Of a DNA stretch of 64,000 nucleotides, positions 10,000 to 19,200 are shown piece by piece; position 1 is the first letter of the stretch; every line of letters begins with the position of its first letter. Below the pieces are notes generated by a model. It was not told where the DNA came from. It did no database searches and was given only the letters and a program-made list of their open reading frames with translations. The DNA is taken from assembly GCA_937129365.1 (NCBI GenBank), contig CAKZNB010000033.1, positions 71,253-135,252 on the forward strand, in the 5' to 3' direction. The stretch comes from an uncultured Flavobacteriales bacterium. GTDB lineage: Bacteria > Bacteroidota > Bacteroidia > Flavobacteriales_D > CAJJDF01. The translations under genes were made by a program, and so were the position numbers.

Positions 10000-11331
10000 A
10001 TGGGAATTGGAAGCATATTTTTTATCGTAATAATTATTGCTGGTTTTGGCTTTTTTGGCTGGAATGTGAAAAAAGTAATTAATAATATAAATCTCGGAAG
10101 AGAGAAAAAGATAAATGATCGAAAAGGAGAAAGATGGAAAGTGATGACTCTCGTTGCTCTCGGACAAAAAAAGATGTTTCATAGACCCATACCAGCTATT
10201 CTTCACCTGTTTATTTATGTGGCTTTTATTCTTACTCAAATAGAGTTAATCGAAATAATTTTGGATGGAATTACTGGTCAACACCGAATATTTTATCCAA
10301 GCTTGGGCGGATTATATACATTAGTTATCAGTATTATAGAAGTGCTTTCAGTTCTGGCATTAGTCGCTACTTTCGCTTTTTTAGCTCGAAGAAATCTATT
10401 AAAAATTCCTCGTTTTCATAAAGATGAAATGACAGGTTGGCCTAAGCTTGATGGAAATATTATATTATACTTAGAATTTTTATTGGTGATGTTCATTTTT
10501 ACAATGAATGGAACTGACGAGGTACTTCATCTAAAAGGAGAAAGTCATGCAGCAGGAGAAGGAGGTTTTGGATTTGCCATGAGTCAATGGTATGGACCTA
10601 TGATTTTTGGAGGAATGGAAACTGAAGGACTACATTTATTAGAAAGAATAGGGTGGTGGGGTCACTTAATTATTGTGTTAACATTTATGAATTACCTGCC
10701 ATATTCAAAGCATTTTCATATTTTCTTAGCTTTCCCAAATGTGTGGTATTCTAATTTGAATGCAAAAGGAAGATTATCCAACATGGAAGCTGTAACAGAC
10801 GAAGTAAAAATGATGTTTGACCCAGAAGCTGACCCTTATGCAGCTCCTGCAGAACTAGTTGGTGAACCGCAAACCTTTGGAGTAAAGGATGTAACCGATT
10901 TACCTTGGAATAGTCTGCTACAAGCATATACTTGTACAGAGTGTGGTAGATGTACATCTGAATGTCCTGCAAACCAAACAGGGAAATTATTATCTCCAAG
11001 AAAAATCATGATGGATACTAGGGATAGAATGGTGGAATTAGGTGATTACAAAAGAAAGAACGGAGCAGACTCTCATGATGATAAAAAACTGGTTCACGAT
11101 TATATTACCGAAGAGGAATTATGGGCTTGTACTAGTTGTAACGCTTGTGTGGAGGCTTGCCCTGTAAATATTGACCCATTGGCAATTATTATTGATTTGA
11201 GAAGATATTTGGTGATGGAAGAGTCTAAAGCACCCGCAGAGTTAACAGGAATGTTCAGTAATATAGAAAATAACGGAGCAGTTTGGCAATTCCCTGCTAG
11301 TGATAGATTAAAGTGGAAAGATGAAGAGTAG
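10000..11331 (+). CDS. Membrane-bound Fe-S oxidoreductase subunit (polytopic N-terminal domain plus 2x[4Fe-4S] ferredoxin domain; DsrMK/HdrDE-like)
   Basis: Several TM helices followed by CTECGRCTSECP and CTSCNACVEACP cluster motifs. Confidence 0.75.
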   Translation: MGIGSIFFIVIIIAGFGFFGWNVKKVINNINLGREKKINDRKGERWKVMTLVALGQKKMFHRPIPAILHLFIYVAFILTQIELIEIILDGITGQHRIFYPSLGGLYTLVISIIEVLSVLALVATFAFLARRNLLKIPRFHKDEMTGWPKLDGNIILYLEFLLVMFIFTMNGTDEVLHLKGESHAAGEGGFGFAMSQWYGPMIFGGMETEGLHLLERIGWWGHLIIVLTFMNYLPYSKHFHIFLAFPNVWYSNLNAKGRLSNMEAVTDEVKMMFDPEADPYAAPAELVGEPQTFGVKDVTDLPWNSLLQAYTCTECGRCTSECPANQTGKLLSPRKIMMDTRDRMVELGDYKRKNGADSHDDKKLVHDYITEEELWACTSCNACVEACPVNIDPLAIIIDLRRYLVMEESKAPAELTGMFSNIENNGAVWQFPASDRLKWKDEE

Positions 11332-11355
11332 TATTTTCTCTAAGTAATCTTAAAG

Positions 11356-11436
11356 TTGTCATTCCGCACTTGATGCGGAATCTCAAAAAGAATATTTCAC
11401 AGAGAATAGATCCTGAACTAAATTCAGGATGATAAT
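11356..11436 (+). repeat. MITE-like double-hairpin intergenic repeat (copy A)
   Basis: TTGTCATTCCGCActtgaTGCGGAATCTCAAAAAGAATATTTCAC...ATAGATCCTGAActaaaTTCAGGATGATAAT. A related copy lies at 23823-23923 and a single hairpin at 60805-60828. Confidence 0.7.
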
Positions 11437-11453
11437 GAAAATAAAAAGTTATA

Positions 11454-11867
11454 ATGAAATTAGTAGAAAAAATAGTAGATGGACAACACATAAGTCCTGT
11501 TCTTCCTGAGGAGGTAAAGAATTACATGATTGACATTGATGGAACAATCTGTGATGACATTCCTAATGAAGAGCCTGAGAGAATGGAAACTGCTGAGGTG
11601 TATCCAGACGCATTGGAAACCTTGAATAAATGGTATGAACAAGGGCATATTATTACTTTTTTTACCTCTAGAGTAGAAGAAAATAGAGAAGTAACCGAAA
11701 AATGGTTGGATAAACATGGATTCAACTACCATGGAATATTATTTGGGAAACCAAGAGGGGGAAACTATCATTGGGTAGATAATCACATTGTGAGAGCAAC
11801 AAGATTTACAGGAAAATTTACCGATTTGGTAGATTCAAACGAAAAAATACAAGTATTTAAGTCATAA
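11454..11867 (+). CDS. HAD-superfamily phosphatase-like protein
   Basis: Motif I DIDGTICDD, a motif II Thr/Ser (TFFTSR) and a short cap region. 137 aa. Confidence 0.6.
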   Translation: MKLVEKIVDGQHISPVLPEEVKNYMIDIDGTICDDIPNEEPERMETAEVYPDALETLNKWYEQGHIITFFTSRVEENREVTEKWLDKHGFNYHGILFGKPRGGNYHWVDNHIVRATRFTGKFTDLVDSNEKIQVFKS

Positions 11868-11871
11868 AATT

Positions 11872-12663
11872 ATGAGTGGAATAAAAGTACATACAATGGC
11901 AGAATATCTTGCCAAAGGAGAAGCACCCGATTTGTTATTTTGGGTAGGTTGTGCAGGAAGTTTTGACGATAGAGCAAAAAAAATTACCAAAGCAATTGTG
12001 AAAATTCTCAACAAAGTAGATACCAAATTTGCTGTGCTTGGTGCAGAGGAATCTTGTACTGGCGATCCTGCAAAGCGAGCTGGAAACGAGTTTTTGTTTC
12101 AAATGCAAGCTATGCAAAACATTCAGATAATGAATGAATACAAAGTGAGACGAATTGTAACAGGTTGTCCGCATTGTTTTAATACATTAAAAAATGAATA
12201 CCCAGAATTGGGAGGGAACTATGAAGTAATTCACCATACTCAGTTAATTCAAGAATTAATTGATTCTGGAAAATTAAGAATTGAAGATGGGAAACCATTC
12301 AAAGGAAAAAAGATTACTTTCCATGACCCTTGTTACTTGGGTAGAGCCAATGATGTGTATGAAGCACCAAGAAAAGTGCTAGAAACTTTAGATGCTGAAC
12401 TAGTAGAAATGAAAAGATGCAAGACTAAAGGATTGTGTTGTGGAGCTGGAGGAGCACAGATGTTTAAAGAAGCAGAACCTGGAAACAAAGAAGTAAACGT
12501 AGAGCGTACAGAAGACGCGATGGAGGTAAATCCAGATATAATTGCAACTGGTTGTCCGTTTTGTAATACCATGATGACGGATGGCGTTAAGTTAGCAAAC
12601 AAAGGAGATTCTGTTCATGTAATGGATATTGCTGAATTGATTGCTCAGGCTCAAGATTTATAA
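11872..12663 (+). CDS. (Fe-S)-binding protein with two cysteine-rich CCG domains (HdrD/GlpC C-terminal-like)
   Basis: CPHCFNTL...DPCYLGR and CCGAGG...CPFCNTMM motifs. Confidence 0.8.
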   Translation: MSGIKVHTMAEYLAKGEAPDLLFWVGCAGSFDDRAKKITKAIVKILNKVDTKFAVLGAEESCTGDPAKRAGNEFLFQMQAMQNIQIMNEYKVRRIVTGCPHCFNTLKNEYPELGGNYEVIHHTQLIQELIDSGKLRIEDGKPFKGKKITFHDPCYLGRANDVYEAPRKVLETLDAELVEMKRCKTKGLCCGAGGAQMFKEAEPGNKEVNVERTEDAMEVNPDIIATGCPFCNTMMTDGVKLANKGDSVHVMDIAELIAQAQDL

Positions 12664-12666
12664 TAA

Positions 12667-13158
12667 ATGACTGAAACAACATTACATATAGGAATTGATT
12701 TTGATTTAATTGATAACCAAGCAAAAGCTTGGGTATACACAAGTAATCTAGAGTTTACAGATTCACAATTAGCTGATATTGAGAAATACGCTGAGGTATT
12801 TCTATCTCAATGGGATTCACATGGAAAATTAGTAAAAGGAGCTTTTCAAATTCTTAAAAATAGATTCATTGCAGTTTTTGCAGATACAGAAGGAGATACC
12901 ATGTGTGGAAGAGCTCAAGATGGATCAGTAAAATTCATTAAAGAATTGGAAGAAATTTTAGAAGTAAAACTTATGGACAGAATGTTGGTTGCTTATGACA
13001 ATAATGGAGTAGTGGAGATATTACCTTTTATGGAGTTAAGAAATAAAATAGCTTCAGGAGAAATATCAAAAACCACTAATTTTTACAACGGATTAGTTAC
13101 AACTAAAGAAGAATTTCTTACAGATTGGGAAAGACCAATTGAAGGGAGTTGGATATAA
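12667..13158 (+). CDS. Conserved hypothetical protein
   Basis: 163-aa ORF 3 nt downstream of the CCG-domain gene. No recognisable motif. Confidence 0.5.
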   Translation: MTETTLHIGIDFDLIDNQAKAWVYTSNLEFTDSQLADIEKYAEVFLSQWDSHGKLVKGAFQILKNRFIAVFADTEGDTMCGRAQDGSVKFIKELEEILEVKLMDRMLVAYDNNGVVEILPFMELRNKIASGEISKTTNFYNGLVTTKEEFLTDWERPIEGSWI

Positions 13159-13203
13159 TTTTTCTTTACTTTTTTAAAAGTATCATTAAACTTTTTCAAA
13201 AAA

Positions 13204-13232
13204 AAGGATTGTCTTAATTGACAATCCTTTTT
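13204..13232. terminator. Bidirectional rho-independent terminator
   Basis: AAGGATTGTC (13204-13213) pairs with GACAATCCTT (13220-13229). An A-run lies upstream and a T-run downstream. It sits between convergent genes. Confidence 0.8.
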
Positions 13233-13254
13233 GCATTTAGGGTATTTATGAAGA

Positions 13255-16200
13255 TTAGATTTTAATCATCTTCATTATATATTGTTTGTTGTTTTCGTCA
13301 GTAATCTTTACAAGGTAAACTCCTGTTGTTAATGAGTTAACATCAAGTGTTGTTTTGTTTGTAGTTTCAGCTAAAGTTTTTCTAATAACTGTTTTTCCAG
13401 ACGAACTATGTATTACCTCAATTTGCGAGAAGTTAGTACTCTCTAATGAAATTGTCACCCTTCCATTGGTTGGATTAGGGAATAACTTCATTTGATTGTT
13501 AACCAGATTTACCTCTTCTAAAGTAGTGTTATTACTTCCACGAGTTCCACTTCCTTTCAAATCCTTAGGTATATAAATAGTTATTGTTTTTGAACAACCC
13601 ATAGCATCAGTAATAATGAATGTATAAGTAGTTAATATAGCTAAGTTTTTAAATAACCCAGTGTTGTTTGTAGACCCACCAACTAATGTATAGGTGTAAG
13701 GTCCAGTTCCTCCAATTGTATTTAATTGGACTATTCCTGGGTTTGCAACTCTAGGATTACTAGTAATTACATACTTAATTTGTAAAGAATCACAACAAGT
13801 ATCTAAAACAAAGGTTACTTCAGTAGTATCACAACATATAAGGTCACAAGCTATAATCTCAAAAGTATAGGTTCCAGGTATTAAACCTGCAGTTGTTATT
13901 GTTGTATTAGCCAAATACGCTGGTGGATTTAAAGTTGGATCAGGAAAGTTTATATGGCTGAATGGATTAACACAACTACCACAAATTCTTCCTTTAACTA
14001 ACCCATGAACTCTAGAGTTTTGAGCATACATAACAATTTCAACTAACATAGGTAATGCTGCTTGTGCAGTTGGTTCAGCAACTGTTCTTATTGGAACGCA
14101 GTTGATATAATAAATTATATTCCCTCCGTTTCTTTCTATTCTCATCATATCACCAGCTGTAACTGTCCCTGTATTTAAAGGGTTAGCACCATTTTCATAA
14201 ATTTGGTAGTTTCCAAAATAATTATATAATGAATAATCAACTGTATTCCATGTAGAATTGGCTGGGATATTATATGAAAGTCCCATCATAATTCCGCGCT
14301 GAAAATTCGTGCTATTTCCTTGAATCTCCCATTCTACAAACTCTCCTGGTAAAATTTGTTGAACACTTTGTCCTTTACCAGTAACCGATGTTGTCCATGA
14401 ATTTCCACCACCTGTCTTTAATAAGTCACCATTGGTTTGAACAGTTGTGTTCTGTAAGGAATTAAACGTAATAGGAGTTTTTTGACTATTGAAACAAAGT
14501 TGGGAAATGAAAGTTCCATTTCTGTATATATTACCTGTTACAAAAGGTCCACCTCCATAGGTAAAGTTGACTGAATCATCTAAACAGATTGTCGTGTCGT
14601 CTAATATCGCAACAGCAATAGGACAGCAAGAATCAATAAAAAAGCTTACTTCTGCAGTATCACAACATAGAAACTCACAAGTTATTATCTGGAAAGTATA
14701 TGTTCCAGGAGATAAACCTGCAGTTGGTATAGGTGCATTATTTGTAATGAATGTTGGTGGATTTAAATTAGGATCAGGGAAATTTATATTTCCAAGAGGA
14801 TTATTACAACTTCCACATATTTTTCCTTTTACTAGATTACTTATAGAAGCGCCTTGTCTCCACATTTCAATTTGTACAGTCATTGGCATAGCTAATTGAG
14901 TTGCTGATTCTAAAGCAGTTTTTGTCAACGGTACACAATTAATGTAATATCTAATAGTACCACCGTCTCTTTCTATTCTCATAATATCCCCTGTTGTCCT
15001 AGGGTTTAAAGTAGAATTTCCATTTCCACTTTCATAAATATTATAATTAGAACTGTAATCATAGAATGCATAATCTATATTCTGCCAATTAGAGGATGAA
15101 TTTACAGAGTATGCTAATCCAATCATTGTACCTCCTAAATTAGGACTACTCCTTTTCATTTCAAATTCAATATACTCTCCATCAAGAATTTGTTGAATAC
15201 TTCTTGCCTTTCCAACAGAAGACCATGAATTTCCTCCACTAGTTTTTAATATATCTCCATTTGATTGAACTGTAACATGTTGTACTAAGTTATTGGTAAT
15301 AGGAGTTTTCTGACTATTAAAACATATGTCAGATAAATAAGTTCCATTTTTAAATATCTTACCTGTTGTTGAAGAACCACCACCATAAGTGAAATTAACT
15401 GTGTCACCTATACAAAGTACAGAGTCATCAAGAATAGCTACGGCAGTAGGGCAGCAAGAATCAATATTGATAGTTACATTTGCGGTATCACAGCATAATG
15501 TATCACAAGCTATTATTTCGAAAGTAAAATTACCAGTTCCCAAAGCAGTTGTTGAAATAGTATTTCCAACAATATAAGTAGGAGGATTAATTGCAGGGTC
15601 AGGGAAATTAATAGTATTTAATGGATTTATACAAGGTCCACAGATTGTTCCTCTTACCAAACCAGTAACTCTAGATCCTTGAGCCCACATAGCAATCTCA
15701 ACTCTCATTGAATTTGTTGGCATTGTTTCCAATGTAGATCTAACTAAAACACAATTTATGTAATAATCAATATTTCCTCCGTTTCTTTCAATTCTCATTC
15801 TATCTCCCGCATTAACAGCTATGGGAGGAGTAATAAATGGTCTTGAAGTTCCTCCATTTTCATATATTTCATAGTTTCCAGTGAAATGGTATAAAGCATA
15901 ATCAACAGTATTCCACGAAGATATTGCAGCAGGGTTATAAGATAATCCAATCATGATTCCAGCTTGCATATTATTTGCTTGCCCCTGAATATCCCATTCA
16001 ATATATTCTCCTGGCTGTATTTGTTGGGTACTCATAGCACTTGCTACACCTGTTGTACCCCAAGAGTTTCCTCCAGCTGTTTTCAATAAATCTCCATTAG
16101 CTTGAATCGTTGCATTCTGAGAAACAAAATATGTGATAGGAGTTTGAGCAGCATTAAAACAAATAGGAGAAACCAAAGTTCCATTTTTATATAAGTTTCC

Positions 16201-19200
16201 AGATACATTTTTAGTTCCACCATAAGTAAAGTTAAATGAATCACCTAAGCATAAGGAATCATTATTAACTGATGCCACTGCAGTTGGACAACAAGTATCT
16301 TCAGTAATTGTAACTGTTCTTCTCGCCATACAACCGTATGAATTAGTTACAGTAACTGTAAAAGTTGCAGGAGCACTATAAATTCTAGCAATTGTTCTAG
16401 ATGCAGAAGGATTTGTTAAATTTGCCGCAGGAGTCCAGTTGTAAGTGTATCCAGTTATTGGTGCTTCACCAATAGGAATATCTCTTGGAAATGAAGGACC
16501 AATACAAATTACAGTATCCATAAAACCAGATATATCTGGATTAGGATTAACCGTAACATACATTGTGTCTGTCGATTCTCCACAATCATTACCCATTGTT
16601 AAAGTAACCATATGTATTCCAGGGTTATTAAAAGTTACAATAGGATTTGGATTTGTTGAAGTAGAAGGGGTTGCAAATGGTCCAAAGTTCCAACTATATC
16701 CTAAGGAAGAAGAAAATGGATTACCTGCTGTATTTCCAAAATTTATAGAACTTCCTTGACAAATAGTTTGATCAGGGCCAATATTTACGTTAGGTTTTTG
16801 ATTAACTGTAATTACTTTATTTACAGTAACTGTTCCACAACTATTTGTTAATGTTAAACTAACAGTGTAAGCTCCTGCCGTATTAAAAGTAACACTAGGA
16901 GTTGGACTAGTTGAACTAGATGGTGAAGCACCAGTTCCAAAGTTCCAGCTGTAAGATAATGCTGATGAAAAAGGATTTGGAGCAGAATTACTAAAATTAA
17001 TTATATCTCCTTCACAAATAGTTTGGTTAGCCCCAATGTTAGCAGCAGGAGCTTGATTCACTGTTACCACTTTAGTTGCTGTAGAAGTTCCACAAGTATT
17101 AGTCATAGTAAGAGTAACTGTGAAAGTACCAGCATTAGCAAAAGTAACAGAAGGGTTAGGAGAAGTAGAACTAGAAATTCCAGACCCAGTCCCAAAGGTC
17201 CAATTGTAAGAATAAGCAGCAGTATTAGTAGCAGTATCAGCAAAATTAATAGTTGCACCAGAACAGATAGTTTGGTTAGCCCCAATGTTAGCAGCAGGAG
17301 CTTGATTCACTGTTATCACTTTAGTTGCAGTAGAAGTTCCACAGGTATTAGTCATAGTAAGAGTAACTGTGAAAGTACCAGCATTAGCAAAAGTAACAGA
17401 AGGGTTAGGAGAAGTAGAATTAGGAATTCCAGATCCAGCCCCAAAGTTCCAGTTGTAAGAATAAGCAGCAGTATTAGTGGCAGTATCAGCAAAATTAATA
17501 GTTGCACCAGAACAAATAGTTTGGTTAGCCCCAATGTTGGCTTTTGGTTTTTTATTAACAGTAACATACATGGTATCCATTTTAGAACCGCAACTGTTTG
17601 TCATAGTTAGGATAACCATATTTGTACCAGGGGTATTAAAAGTAACTGTAGGATATAAAAGTGTTGAGCTAGAAATTGAAGCTCCAGGTCCAAAGCTCCA
17701 GTTATAAGAGGGAAAACCTGAATTAGCTAAAGAATTTGCAAAAGTAATATTCATACCTTCACAAATAGTTTTATCAGGTCCAATATTTACTCTTGGTTTT
17801 GGAAGTACATTGACATACTTAGTTACAGTTGTAACAAAACAATTGTTTCTAAGTGTTAAACTTACTAAGTTCGTTCCTAAGTTACTGAATGAAACTGAAG
17901 GATTTGGAAGTGTTGAGTGTGTTGGAGATCCTCCTTGAAAATACCAACTTGTTGTATAAGAGGTTATATTTGTATCAGTATTAGCGAATATAATTGTATC
18001 ATCTTGACATATCGTTACATTAGGTCCTATATTAGCATTTGGTTTACCAAGAATTGTAACTTCAATTGTATCGACAGAAGTTCCACAAATATTAGTCATA
18101 CTAAGTGTTACATTATGAACACCAGGAGTATTGAAAATAGAACGAGGATTTGGAAGGCTTGATGATGTTGGTATCTGACTTGCTCCAAAATTCCAATTAT
18201 AAGTTATTAAAGGAGTTGCTGGATTAGTAGCATTATTACTAAAATATAGATTGTATCCTGGACAAAAAGTCCTATTATTTCCAATATTTATATTTGGTTT
18301 TTGAATAAAATTAATTTGGATTGTTTTAGTACTTATACAACCAAAATTGTTTGTGACACTTACAGTGTACTGTTGAGAAGTTAGACCTGAATATATAGGG
18401 TTAGCAATATTTGGGTTAGACAATCCTAAACTTGGAGACCAAGAATAGTTATATGTTGAAATAGGAGTTGAACCTAATTGAATCCCCCCTGATAAACTAT
18501 CAAAACAGATGTTAGTATCATTAAAAGATGATAAATCAGGTAGTCCAATTACATTTATTGTCAAATACGATGTGTCAATTCCACAATTATTTGATGCAAT
18601 AAGTGTTACGTTATGAGTTCCAGTTGTATTAAATAAAACGGAAGAATTTGTACTTGTTGAAGTAGAAGGTAAAGCACCTGTTCCAAAATTCCATAAATAA
18701 GTTAAAGGTGAAGTAGTAGAAGTAGTTGAAGATGTATTTGTAAAATTAATAGTACTTCCTACACAAATTGTAGTATCTGAAGAATAGAAATCAGCAATTA
18801 CACCACAGCAATTTGAATCTATGAAAACATTAATAGAATCTTTAGTAATACATCCATTAATACCTGTTCTAATTAAAATTAGTTTTTGAGAACTAGTCCC
18901 AATGAATATTGGATTATTAATTGCGTCATTTGATAATGATGCAGAAGGATACCATTTAACCGTTCCAGTTCCCGATGAACTTAATTGCATTGTTTCACCT
19001 AAACAAAAACTAGTGTCATTAGCAATTAAACTTGGAGCAGTACCATTTGAAATCGTAAAATAATCTCTCCAAATACATCCAGCAGTAGTTGTTCTATCTA
19101 CATAATAAGAACCTGGACCTGAAATGGAATATGTATTGCTTGTACTAAGTGAAATGCCACTTCCATTAAACCATTCGACATTAGAAATTCCTCCAACTGC

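Noticed and set aside
17023-17610. 195-aa Ser/Arg-rich plus-strand ORF and the Leu-rich minus-strand ORFs (17103-17285, 17352-17567) within the repeat region
   Set aside because: These are low-complexity alternative-frame or antisense readings of the PKD repeat DNA. The frame encoding the PKD units is continuous for about 9 kb and carries real domain motifs.
16546-18807. Regular ~249-bp periodic repeats that could suggest a CRISPR or satellite array
   Set aside because: The period is a multiple of three, lies inside a long ORF and encodes PKD domains. There are no short direct repeats with unique spacers and no cas genes.
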